A stretch of DNA of 64,000 nt, taken from the NCBI GenBank assembly GCA_051294905.1, contig CM119371.1, positions 1,860,001 to 1,924,000 on the forward strand, given 5' to 3'. Every line of letters begins with the position of its first letter. The stretch's first letter is position 1. The notes below the pieces were generated by a model that worked only from the letters and a program-made list of their open reading frames with translations, was not told the DNA's origin and ran no database searches. Positions 25,040-37,110 of this stretch are shown piece by piece. This DNA comes from Botryllus schlosseri (lineage: Eukaryota). Made by a program: the position numbers and the translations under genes.

Positions 25040-25409
25040 CTGAGTTGAAAACAACTGTTGTTAATTCACTGCATCACTCATCGCAATCCTTATACTACTC
25101 CCGGCCTCCGGTGCCAATTTATTGGCCATTGTAACGCTCAGCCTTAACACAACGCAGTCTGTTATCAACGATGGGAACACCTCGGCGAGGTGATCTCATA
25201 ACTGCGCTACCTTACGAGGAACGTCGTTCAGACTTCACGATAATCCCGAGAAAAACCGACTAGTGTGAACGCACAATCGCGAAAATTGTGGACTGGTTTG
25301 AACGCTCACATTTCTGGGAAAATTCTGAGGATTTTTGTCCTGATATGAACGCAATAAGTTCTGAGAACATTTCTGGGAATATTATCAGAATTCATGTATG
25401 AACGCACCC

Positions 25410-26830
25410 CCAGATATCGGCGTTAAATCACAGAAGTCGTCTGTAATTCCACGAGTGTGGGTTCCACGTCATATGAGACGGGAGTTGTTTGAACATGTGC
25501 ATTCTTTGTCGCATCCCGGTATTCGGGCGACGTTGGCATTCGCTAAACGGCGTTACGTGTTCCCTGATATGGATCTTTGGTTACGAGAATTTGTGCGGGC
25601 TTGTCCTATGTGTAGCAAAAGCAAAATAATTCATCATGTGCGTTCCGCTTTAAAACATGTGCTGCGCCGTAGTGATCGTAATGCCGACATTTCAATTGAC
25701 ATTGCTGGTCCGCTTCGTGAAACGGAGGATGGTAATCGATATTTTCTTATCATTGTTGATCGTGTCACAAATTACACTAATGCAGTTCCCATGAAAGGAC
25801 AAGATACCGACACGGTGATCCGTGCTTTGATGGTTTTGTTAAAGATCGTGGATCACCTATGGTTATAATGTCAGACCGGGGCTCAGTGTTTACTTCGTAT
25901 AAACGGGAGAAGTTCATGTCGGTCCTTGAATGTAAACACTCATTTTTGTTGGCACTTTCGCCACAGCAGAATTCGATCTCCGAAACGGAGATTCGGCGGA
26001 TAAAGCGCGGTTTGGGGTGCGCTAATAATCCCGCGGCCTGGGATAGGCTATTGCCTTTTGTGATTTTGTCATTAAATGCCTCTGTGAAAGAGGGATATGA
26101 TTATTCCGCGGCGGAAATGACGTATGGGGAAAATGTGCGGTTGGCTGCAACCTATTTTGACCCGAATAAGTTCAAAAATAGTCAAGCGAAGGTACTGTGT
26201 GATGTACGGTAATTTTTCGAGAACTTGAATTTCAATAAGTCCAACATCCGAACAAATGTAAATGCATACGTTCCGCCAGATCTTATGGCTTGTTCACGTG
26301 TATATGTAAAAAACGAGAGAGGTAAGAAGACCGCGTTTGATTTCTGGTATGTGGGTCCGTACAAGGTGATCGAGAGATCGCAATCGGGCAAGGCCTTTAC
26401 CTTATTAATCAAGTGTAAGGAGAAGGTTGTGTCGATTGACAGACTGAAAGTTTGTTACTTTCCGCCATTGGATGTAGATAACGACATGTTCGATGATTTT
26501 GTGCAGCAGTTTCCGACCGTTGATGCGGACAATGTGGTACTAAACTCCGCGGTAACTCCGGGTGACGCGTGTGTTGTGTAGTTTCGTCTGGTAGTGATGG
26601 CAGCGAGAGCGACTGTCCGAGTAGTATCGGTAGCGCGTCCCGAGAGCGTATCCCTGAATGCTTACCTGTTGATGTCGATCGCGATAATCCTAGACATGAA
26701 TCCATTTTGCACGATAAAGCTAGGACCCAAAAATGTAATGAATGCAGAACTCTCAATGAATCAAGTCCAAAGTATACGTCCAGAGGGTGACGAATTGTTA
26801 GACCAAGACATTTGAATGATTATGTGTTGC
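25410..26830 (+). pseudogene. Gypsy integrase, frameshifted
   Basis: HHCC finger (HSLSHPG...CPMC), ISIDIAGPL, MSDRG...SE with exact D-X35-E spacing, GPY/F motif (GPYKV), C-terminal TSRG*RIVRPRHLNDYV; at least three frameshifts or stops. Confidence 0.9.
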
Positions 26831-27371
26831 ATTCAATCGCGTAGAATAAAGATATGCGTGATGAAAATTGTGCCTTGTGCATTAATATGTTGCGTAAATG
26901 CAGGATTGCTGCTTCATCGATTGTTGAATCGCGTAAAGTAAAGATAGGCGCGGTTAAATGGCGCTTTGTACAGTGATATGTTATGTAAATGCAGGATTGC
27001 TGCATCATGTTGTGACTCCCGTCGTAGAATGTAAGGTGAGGTCACCAAAGCTCGTTGCTAAAGTATGCGTTGTAATAATGAATGCGGACACCAAAACGTT
27101 AGGCTCGTGTAGGCCCGTTTATGCTGCACGTAACTGTGCGTCGTATTTGAGATGATCACGGCAGAATTGTTGAGTTGCCATAAGCCCTCTGTTGTTGCGA
27201 TCGGACAACACGGATTTGGTAGCAATGGTTGCTTTTCCCGGTGGACGGGTTAACAATAATGATGAGAAAGTAGAATAAGTATAAGTGAATGACAGTGAAT
27301 AGCATGTTCCGTGGGGTTTTGAAACATGACTGCTGGATGAATTATGGTGTTGAACTTGCATACACGTTGAT

Positions 27372-27825
27372 TAGGCTTACCATATTTTGAAAATGTAAAA
27401 AGAGGACACTTTATCAGAAATTTCAGACATGCAAAACTGGAGAAGAAACCTTAAAATTTTTCCCACTTCGTGATCGGTTGACTGAAAAAAAAGGGCATCA
27501 CTTCTGCTCAGAGCTCAAAATAACGTTTTTTCTTTCTACATAGCCAGGTGGATGACTAAAAAAAGGTCTTCTTTTCGCTCAGAGCTTAAATCACCACTTT
27601 TCCCTCCAAAATACCCACCGGAGCTTCACTTCTGCGCTAATTTACGGCATATCACTCGCGGTTGCCTCTAAATCTGACCTAAATTTTCAAAAAAGAGGAC
27701 AAAATCTCAAAAAAGAGGACAAAATCTCAAAAAAAGAGGACAAAAGGGCGTCCTCCGAGGACACTTTCAAAAAAAGTCAAAAAAAGAGGACAAATCCTCT
27801 TAAAAGAGGACGTATGGTAAGCCTA
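27372..27825. mobile_element. 454-bp hAT MITE inside the Gypsy 3' region
   Basis: TIR TAGGCTTACCATA/TATGGTAAGCCTA; perfect TSD ACGTTGAT; repeated AAGAGGAC subterminal motifs. A related fragment lies at about 16160-16300. Confidence 0.93.
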
Positions 27826-27929
27826 ACGTTGATGGATTTCGTCAGTGCATATAGACTGGTTTCGTCTATGAATTGCATTGTATTGTGTTTCATCTTGTTG
27901 CTCTTTATTATACACTTTCATTAACTTGT

Positions 27930-28180
27930 TGATTGCATGCGAAGTGATATTTAATGTCGCGGTTGTAACGCTTTTGGACTGTTTAATATTATAATTTTCA
28001 TAAGTCTTTGATGATAATATGTTATTGCATGCGAAGTGATCTTTAACGGCACTGTTAACCCGCTTTTGTGCTATTTAGTGATTAGTTATTCAATTGGTGT
28101 TTTATAATATTGTGTTTTTGCATGCGAAGTGACCTTGAATGTCGCTGTTGTAACGCTTCTGTGCTTGTTAAATTATGTCT
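27930..28180. repeat. Three tandem units of 92-93 bp
   Basis: TTGCATGCGAAGTGA at 27933, 28025 and 28118 with similar downstream sequence. Confidence 0.8.
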
Positions 28181-28487
28181 TTTATTTCTTGGTTGCGTTT
28201 GGACGCTAACTATTGTTGATCTGAGTTTCAGTTGCCAGTAGGACGAAACGATGATATTGCGAGTCGTTCCAAGGTGGTAATGACAAATAGGGTTTCCGAA
28301 TGCCACGCTAGGGTGGTATTTCGTTTTAATAGTTTACTTTTGCCCCTGTATATAAAATCGTTTCCTGTCTCCAATCCCGAGGATTAGCTTCAGTCCCTAT
28401 GATTAGCCCCAGTCCATATGTTGTATGACTCTAGGTATGAGATATTAACCAATATATTCGTTTTGTTTTACACCAAGTTCTTTTGGT

Positions 28488-28499
28488 AGGAAGGGGGAA
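28488..28499 (+). other. Polypurine tract
   Basis: AGGAAGGGGGAA, 2 nt upstream of the 3' LTR start. Confidence 0.8.
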
Positions 28500-28501
28500 C
28501 T

Positions 28502-28983
28502 TTTAACGAAATATATTGGTATAACGCCATTTTAATAATATTCAATGAGGAGTTGGTAAACCTTACGTAATTCCCTGAACTGAGACCCGATAAGACCTTT
28601 GTGAGTCGTACATGTTGTCGTGCGAACGTAGATAACAAAATATGAAATCGTACGATGTTTTGTGCATGAACTCTCTCTCGTGGCTATGAGAGATATGTGT
28701 AGGTAATGCCACGGGGAGATATTTATTCATTCTATTCATAATTATTCGCTGATTCGGAAGTCCATTGCATTGCCGTACGTGATTCAATAAAGTCGTGGAG
28801 ACGGAAACAAAATATATTCGTCAGTGTGATCCATCGAATACGTAGACAGGTCGTGGTACGTCAGCCAAAAAAGGCCGCACGGTGCGGTTACGCCGGTCCG
28901 TCAAAAGAAGAAACACGCAGCGAATTGTAAACGCAACCTTCTGGAGTCAATTATACAACTACAAACATTCGCTCTGCGTTATA
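28502..28983 (+). repeat. 3' LTR, about 482 bp
   Basis: Starts TTTAACG after the PPT, contains AATAAA near 28784, ends CGTTATA where host sequence resumes. Confidence 0.75.
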
Positions 28984-30256
28984 TCCGGTTAAGAACCCCT
29001 GGGATAGAAATGGCTAATCGGCGAGGATTTCATTGGTGTTACAGCCAGCTATATAGCGTACTACTACCGTGCTCGCCACCGATAATAACATGGACAAAGA
29101 GAACAAACAACACTCAGCAAGAAACCAACCATACGTCACGGGGGTCACAGAATACCAATGATTGCCATGCTGGCTTTATTAGATGGCTATATACCCCACG
29201 CAGCGCAAGTTACGAACTTTCGATATATTACTATTACCCGTATGACAGTTTCTAGAATCTAGATTGTTGCGTCCCTAGGATTACCAAGCCACCGCTCCGA
29301 GTCGCATGTTCTCATCCGATTTTAAGGGTCAACCCAATCAACTTGAGTCATTTTATTTAATCACACAGTCAATCCCAAAACGAGTAATTTTACGAGAAGG
29401 TCGCACCAAAACAAATCACAATTTTCAGTCACGAGTCATATCATCATGCACTAGAAATGTGACGTAATAGCTTATTATCTTCTACCACCAGGTAGCATTT
29501 AAAAGTGATGTGATGGTGAAGTTGTTAAGATTTCAGTAGTTTTTATAGTAGTTTTAGCTTGAACGTAAAGTTCTTATAAAGCACTAGTCAATAATTGCGT
29601 GATTAAGTATTTGTAAGACGTGGACGCTTTATGAATAGTTACTATAGTGAGCTCCACGCATTTTGTGCGTATCGCCTAGGATTCTGTCTATACAACCGCA
29701 CAACACTCTTTATATAGTGGACTTGCACATGAAGAAAACATACTTTAGGAAGTTTGTCATTGGGAATTGATCGCACTAATATCACCCATTAAAGTTTGAT
29801 CCTGTAACGCTCACAGTTCAGGCAAAAAGACAATGAGCTAACCTCAATTTTGTAATCTTACATCAATCGACAGGAATTGCTTTCATCAGTCTCTGTTGTG
29901 ATAGTTGACACCAATGAGTATAAAGTATTATTTAACTATGACACGTCGGGCCCGGTCCGTGAATCTACTACATTGTTTCGTTGCTTTCACCAACAAGGGG
30001 TTACTAATCTGCAAGCTAATCTGCGAACCACGACGCTTATATTCATTAAACTAAAATCTTATATATTACGCACCTAACTACAGATTTGATACATATCGGA
30101 TAAAAGTATAGGTTCACATCGTCACGATAACAAATCTACTGTAACGTCACATTGTGCAATTATTGACGTCATGAGATCATATTTCGGTGTGCATCAATGA
30201 TGTTGTTATAACATACTTACTTTATGTCACATTTTATAGAAAAAAATACAGTAGTG

Positions 30257-31439
30257 CAGGGGTTCTCAACTTCCCTCGTATAACGGGCCGCATTTTAACA
30301 GCAAAAGACGCTGCGGACCACAGAACATTATCACCATGTATATTTGTCGGCTACTATTAAATTTAGGGTATTGGAGCCTATACCAGTCTTATACGGGTAT
30401 TTCGTACATTTTAATGTATTCTAGAGCAGGGGTGGCCAACCTCTTCGGCCAAATTGCCACATGACATTTAAAAACGTTTGCGCGGGCCACTTGAATGTTG
30501 ATGACCTATTTTTAGTCGTCCGATAGGAGCGAACTGAATTAGGTAACGTTGAAAACAAGACTTATATTACCACGCTTTAAAATGCACCTGGATAATTAGC
30601 TAGAAAATGTGTTTGAAGTAGGTGGATTCCTCCAATGATAGGCTAAAGTGGTCTAGGTGGCAACGTGTTTAAGAACATGCGATAAAAATTCGACTGACAT
30701 TGAACTTCCTGGTGACTGTTCAATTAGACAATTGTAGCTTCGAACTTTGTCAGCAGATGTTGGTCTTGCTGTTTAATTCCGGAAACAGCAAACATACGCA
30801 CAGTACCTTAAAGTTATATTGAAGTTGTTATGTTCTTGATCTTGTTTGAACAATAACTCAATACGACGAGGTTGCAATACGGAATCAGTATATTATACAG
30901 CAGAATAACTTTAAGACAGGCGACACGATCCAGAGTTCAGTTAAATGAAAAAGACCACGAGACAACAGAACACAGGGTATAAATACAACGCAAGGCACAC
31001 GAGGAAATAATGATTGGCGCTTATTACTAGTCCTAAACAGGATAGAGTCAAACGATACCAACGTAAATACACGAACATAACAGAAGTCACATGTTTTCTA
31101 GTATATTCTTGGGTTTAGCGATATTCCAAGAAATTTTGAATACGTCTGTATCGTCGTCGACAATTTTAACAATTCCTCAAAATGTGGCTGCTGGGCATGA
31201 CATCTAACTAGCAACGTTTTCTTGAACATCAGGAGATATGTATAACTCCAGAAGAAACTATCACGGTATCATTTTAAACTTATAAGCTTCGTTACAACAA
31301 CTGTTCTTCGACAAATATGACACATCGGCCTTCCATAACAATAATGTGCCAGTAGTAATTGCGTTCCTAATGAAAGATGTCGTGGGTCGCAAAATAACTG
31401 TCTGCGCGTCGCATGCGGCCCGCGGGTTGACAACCTCTA
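30257..31439. mobile_element. Internally deleted Buster-like hAT with a second hAT left end nested at 30427
   Basis: TIR CAGGGGTTCTCAAC/GTTGACAACCTCTA; flanks CAGTAGTG and CTGTAGTG; minus-strand remnant FSLSLEEST at about 30630-30650 resembles the Buster FSLxLDEST motif. Confidence 0.75.
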
Positions 31440-32149
31440 CTGTAGTGGAATGATAAATGAGTTATTCTAGTCAATATTTAACACCAATGCATAGGATTTA
31501 AAAGGGGAGCCCTATGAAATATGAATATATGCCACTTTCTTGACCTCACAACAACTTGTTTCAGCTATCGCAAAAATAATGATTCAGGCCATTATGGAAG
31601 TTTGCAAATAAGTCACTCTATATTACTAATAAATATCCATATTCGCCGAATTAAAAATTCGTCGGAAAGGCAGTATCGTATCTCCAAAAGAGTCATATTG
31701 GCTAGTAAACGATAGACTAGCGACACCTCGTCTATTGTGAACGGGCTCATGATTCGAAACCCAAAATTTATTTGCGGAACACGGCAAGGCTTGCGCCCTG
31801 AAAATAACCGTTCGCGCTTCCTCCTTGGGACGGGACCTCAGGTTAAGAATCGCACTAAGTTTATCTCTGAACTCTGATGCTAATTCGATCACTTCCAGCA
31901 TGAAGGAATATTGTCACTACAGTAACTGCGGTGTAAAGACTATACATGTAATTCAGCTAAATGATATCACACCCGAACAATGTTGAGAATTCGATCATTG
32001 TTCTAATCGAGCGAGCGTGTTTTGAATTAGATCTTTATGTCGACGCCTGAATAGAGATATCCGTTACGTAGCTATGGTTGCAACAATACCGCGCGCCTGA
32101 CACAATTCAAATCGTACATCGCTTGGTTTGGTCATTGTTACAAAATAGT

Positions 32150-32510
32150 CACCGGTAAATATCTTTAAATTTCCTTTGTCCTGGAGGAATAGTCGTAATA
32201 TATACAATTGATAGGTTCATAATCAAATTCCGACGAATAGTTTACTGCAATTACTACTAAATAAATACAGTCCATCCTCAAGATTACCGGACCACGACTG
32301 ACTTATCGAATCGATCTCGCTTCCCATGCCATGCCGCCTTATTTATTGTCGCTTTCATTCCTATGCATGCATCCTCTTTACATCGCCTAGGCCAAGGTGG
32401 GTAGCTGATTCCATAGACTACTCCAAGTCGCTTCGACATCTTCCTGTCTTTTCATTGTATCGCATTTTTTGTGATGTATTGAACTGATAAAATTGCTAAT
32501 AAACCAATGA
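32150..32510 (+). mobile_element. LINE (CR1/L2-like) 3' end
   Basis: Shares its 3' UTR with 60440-60690; LLNKY-like ORF2 end; ends AATAAACC. Confidence 0.6.
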
Positions 32511-33536
32511 CGATGCTTACTCCTTTAAAATGCAGAACAGCATGGTATGGCATAACGCACTCATTAAACACGGTGATGACTGGCGCATTCAAGTACGAAC
32601 GTACATGCTATATAGCAGGGAAGTCGCCGAATTTAGACTATTCGATCGCTTACATCCTGGTCCAGTCGAATGATGCAGACATATTATCTCAAAATCAATA
32701 CCTGCTTTTGTTGTATAAGTAGTAGCCTATTCTCCAGTGGATGCATACCATATATGCTGTATACATCATTTGCTATTAGGGATCTATTTTAGCAACCTGT
32801 TTCCACGCAAAATGGAATTGGTAAAATTGCATTCATCAGCCGATTAAATATAGTAACGATCAATCGCATATCTCAATGCTTTATCTCTGCCATTAGTAAT
32901 GCTGTGTTATTAGCCCGCACTTGTGTCCTAGCTCAATACAGAAACCTTGAATTCTTGCAATATCACCAGCACGATTGGATCATATGGTTCACCTTTGATA
33001 TATTGTGCTTTCTTATAGCTTGGTCAGACAATAAGGATGTACGTGTAACCCTGATACAGATGTGCCACTGCAATATGTTTACGTCGGACAGCAGGCATTC
33101 AAAACAGTAAAAGATCATAACAATTTCCCTGGAAACCTTGACATAGTCAGATATGGGCAAAGAGAAAATGCCACACAAAATCTGACGATGATGGGGGCAA
33201 GATACTAGAGTAGATTGAAGCTTACATATGTTAGCTGACTATTGCTCAAGTATCAAACTGGACAACCTACCGAATTATGGGTTATTAGCGTCAATTTGGA
33301 CCTTGAAACTCGCACTTTATTTGACCAGTGGTTCTCAACCTTTTCCACCTCGCGGACCGGTAAAATTTCAAAATATGTCTGGCGGACCGGTGAACTTCAA
33401 AAATTGAAATGAAGGCAAAATGTAAAGCATGCAACAGTTTTTTGAAATTATATGGTGCTAGAGAGTAATATTTAGAACGTTTTGTTTGTAATTAATTATC
33501 TTCATGATGCCATCCATGTGATGTTATGGTAGTTAT

Positions 33537-34408
33537 TAGGGATGGTGTGAACGTGAGGTTCACGTTCGCGTTCTGGGTGTGAACCTCCGAAATTTAGAGG
33601 TTCACGTTCACAAACGAACCTTGGTAGGTTCTGCACTGTGAACCTTTTTCATATATTACAATTTTTACTTCATTATACCATCTTTGGTTGACATTTATTG
33701 CATTTCAACTGTGGGCCACTCTATGCATGGCGTTGGCAGCATTAAAAAACCAACACTATACGAGCATGCACCTTGGCAATACCAGAAATTATAGTTGCTT
33801 TGTTACAAAAGTTGGCTCGAAATATATACGGGATCAATCTTGATTTCATTATGTTTATTGTATCACAAAACCCAAATCCATTCGATTGCGGTGTTGGCTA
33901 CTGCTGTATAGCTTGTTAATAGGATATTATCGGTATAGCGAGTATAGAAACCCGTTTTACACTCCGCTCAATATCAACGTCGCCGGGGCCTGCGATACTC
34001 GTATGCTCCGACTTAGCAGTACTCAGATGCCGAATACATTGTCCAGTCTGGCCTATACACCGTTTGTGCGTAAGCTTATATTCCCTTGCAAATCCACGTC
34101 GGAATTGCTGGCAAAGCGACGGAAGATCTTGATTTTATGGGATTATTATATCATGTGATTGCCCAAGTTGATACATTTGACGACGTTTAAAACGTCAATA
34201 TGTACTTCAGCATTGTGGCATTATGCGTGGCGAGTCGTGGAAAGGTATAGTGAAGAAATAGGCTATCACTTCACTGAAATGTAGGGTTAGAATTAGCAAT
34301 TTAACGTCACATGACGTCATGAGGTTCACGTTCGCGTTCACACAGAACCTTTCAAAAAGGTTCGCGTTCACACGAACCTGAACCTTTCAGAGGTTCACAC
34401 CATCCCTA
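33537..34408. mobile_element. 872-bp hAT MITE with GTTCACG/GAACCT repeats
   Basis: TIR TAGGGATGGTGTGAAC/GTTCACACCATCCCTA; perfect TSD GTAGTTAT; empty site in the 19251 copy. Confidence 0.93.
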
Positions 34409-35107
34409 GTAGTTATAGTCTGCTGAGTCGATGTGAAATTGCCTTGTCCAGATGAACGTGCTACCGTCGAGAGTCGATTACAGTATTTCGCGTGGGTTTA
34501 ACCGACCACGCTAACTCGAATTATATTCTTCTCTTTGACAATATCGAGACAAGTAGCGTTTCCGAGTCGAAACAAGCACCTTGTCGCGCTACCTTGCTCC
34601 TTGCCCACTTCCACCGGACGCATAGGCTACTCTAGCAACTACGAATACAATGCATGACGCAAGGAAACACCATACAGCAACTATACCGGCCATATCTACC
34701 GGAAAAGCACTTCGTAAGCCCAGCCCCAAAAGCGTTGGGCGGTATTTTTCACCATTACTTGTGAGCACATTCATTGTACTAAGTGTATGCAAAGAGTTTG
34801 AGTAGCTTAATCGCGCAAATAGCGAAAATTTTCCATAATTCATGGCTCAAACGGTTTTCTCGCTGCCGGATTTTTGGCACGCCTTTCTAGTCCCATGTTA
34901 GCCTATAATCTTCATTATTATGTGTTGGTACGTCATTGCGCGGCAATGGCTGACGTCCAAATGCCTTTTTCTATAAATCATGCGTATTTCTTCGGAAATG
35001 GCACCTAAGAGGAAATACATTTAGTGACACTAAACCGTGCAAAACACGAAAATAAATTGAAAAATGTTTGAAAAAGTTTCAAAAAATTACGCTATGATTA
35101 TGTTCTT

Positions 35108-36105
35108 CAGGGTTGTATTGACTCGAGTCATTTCAAAAAAAATTAAAAATGACTCGTCTCGAATCGAGTCAATTTGTACATTGACTCGACTGATACTCGA
35201 GTCATTGCGTATGACTCGGACCAAGTAATCTGACTCGAGACTGGGTCTACCAAGACAGGCATTTCATTGTAATTTCGAAGAATAGTAAAATTATCACAGT
35301 GATATTATTTCGTCTATCAGTACTGGTACTTGAAAATGCTACCAGAAACTGTCGAAAGTGAAGAAAATTAGGATATTATGAATGAGAAGCATTCAATATC
35401 ACCGAGTAGAGTTGTGAAAAGTGGGTTTCACATGACATCAACTCGAAACTGAACAGTCCACCCAATGACTTGGACTCGGACTTGACACGGTGGTGAATTG
35501 AAAATGACTATAATTGACTCGAGTCAAAGCTATAAAAGTGAGATTGACTTGCGACTCGGAACCTTACTTAGTTACAACTAGGGCTGGGCACAATGATTCG
35601 AGTACTCGAATCTGAATCGAGTGTTAACTTTAATGATTCGAGTCGAGTAGTAAAAGACGATTTTTTCGAGTACTGAAAGTATACGCTCCTCGCAACTTAA
35701 AATTAATTTACTAACGATAATTATAGTTTTGATACTATTTTCCAATGAGGAAACCTTGAAACCTTGATTGGCCGTGTCGCAGCATAAGAGACATAGTACA
35801 AAGCTACGAACGTTACTGGAAATAATACATTTCCGAAATCATGATCATCCCATAACATCGCCAAGAAGTGTAATGAAATCGGTATAGTAGAAAAAATACC
35901 AAAACATCTTTAAAGTGACGGATAACAGGCATTATGTTTTTCGTGGTGGCATAAAAGGTACATATTTGAACTTTGACATAGTATATTCTGTTGTGACGTC
36001 ATAATGAGAGATACTCGAATACTCGACTCGACTCGAAGCATTTTACGTGATTCAGAATCGAATCACTCGGGTACTCGATTTTGCCCAGCCCTAGTTACAA
36101 CCCTG
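35108..36105. mobile_element. GACTC-rich hAT MITE carrying a nested MITE
   Basis: TIR CAGGGTTGTA/TACAACCCTG; flanks ATGTTCTT and ATGTTCAT. Confidence 0.88.
35579..36093. mobile_element. 515-bp TAGGGCTGGGCA-family hAT MITE
   Basis: TIR TAGGGCTGGGCA/TGCCCAGCCCTA; perfect TSD GTTACAAC. Confidence 0.93.
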
Positions 36106-36839
36106 ATGTTCATTTGCAAAATAATTCCGGGTTATTTTTAAGTTCAGCCCCTCTCCAATCGGGCGGTTTTGGATGCCCCGTCTATGGTCCTGCACGAAAT
36201 GAGCGAATCGAAGACGAATGCTCGCGCGAACTGTGCTGTTTAGCGACGAGTCAGCTTATACCTGTTCTGTACCTGTGTCGCTCGCATGTCGTCAAATGAC
36301 ACGTCTTGAACTTTAAGTCAAATCGAACATGTTTCCAGCTCTAATGTTACCTCACGAAGTTCTGAATCAGTTTAAAATATGATGTTTTATTTATTTTATC
36401 AACGGATAAGCTTTTATCATTCCATCTTGAATTTAAGATATAAAATTGTAATATACTCGGCGGGCCTGCAGGAATGTCGTCGCGGACCGGCGGCTGAGAA
36501 CCACTGCTGTAGGTGCAATATCAGTTTAAATTAACCAAATAAAGCAGTGCAAATGTTTATTTGAAGTCATTGATTCACTTTCGACAGCTTGTGGTTTTTG
36601 AAACGTTTTATAGAATAAACACAAAATAATAAAACTAGTGCAATTATGTGGGTTATGAGACAATGTGGTAGGTGCCTAACGCAAAAACTTGACGTGATAG
36701 AGAAAAAATGGAAGTCATTTCCAAATTCAGCGTCCAAAAGTGAAAATCAATTGTCAGATAAAAGTCAACAAAAATTCTGTTGACCAGTGTACGCAACCAA
36801 ACGTGACTAGCAATATATGGTAGCTTCGTAAATGGATGT

Positions 36840-37110
36840 GGTAGGATTGAAATGACTAGATTTGACTCGAGATTTTTTCTGCATGGAATATGACTCGACT
36901 TGTACTCGAGTCACTGTACATGACTCAACCAAGCCTAAAACTTGAGACTCGGACGGCTGAGACAAGCATATCATTGTACTTCAGAAAAATAGTAATCTAC
37001 CACACAATGTAAGGTATTAAATCTCAACAAAACAGAGTTGTAAAAACGTTCCAACCATGAAAGTAGAAATGACGTGTGACTCGAGACCGAGAGACTTGAT
37101 TACAACCCTG
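36840..37110. mobile_element. GACTC-rich MITE, partial
   Basis: GACTC arrays, ends TTACAACCCTG; an inverted partial copy follows at about 37290-37455. Confidence 0.65.

Larger units (their letters stand above)
21506..25409. mobile_element. PIF/Harbinger DNA transposon, 3904 bp, apparently intact
   Basis: Identical 16-bp TIRs GGGTGCGTTCATACAT; CCA duplicated on both sides; convergent Myb/SANT and DDE genes; removal restores the Gypsy pol frame (CHVP-DIG). Confidence 0.93.
21063..28983 (+). mobile_element. Decayed, internally deleted Ty3/Gypsy LTR retrotransposon
   Basis: Direct repeats at 21063 and 28502, PPT, RNase H end and integrase fragments; the host hAT resumes at 28984. Confidence 0.88.
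20340..29590. mobile_element. Truncated copy of the 5172-6714 hAT family, split by the Gypsy insertion
   Basis: 20340-21062 aligns with about 5270-6185; 28984-29590 continues the alignment to about 6600. Confidence 0.75.
33326..36506. mobile_element. CAGTGGTTCTCAACC-family hAT with nested insertions
   Basis: Left TIR at 33326 and right TIR GGCTGAGAACCACTG ending at 36506. The flanks do not form a TSD, so the two ends may belong to different copies. Confidence 0.6.

Noticed and set aside
21502-25413. 5-bp TSD (CCCAG) for the 3.9-kb element
   Set aside because: Formally equivalent because the terminal bases match the flanks; the 3-bp reading (CCA) fits the Harbinger gene content.
31626-31901. 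91-aa minus-strand ORF as a gene
   Set aside because: No usable in-frame splice acceptor, no recognisable motif, and it lies between TE fragments.
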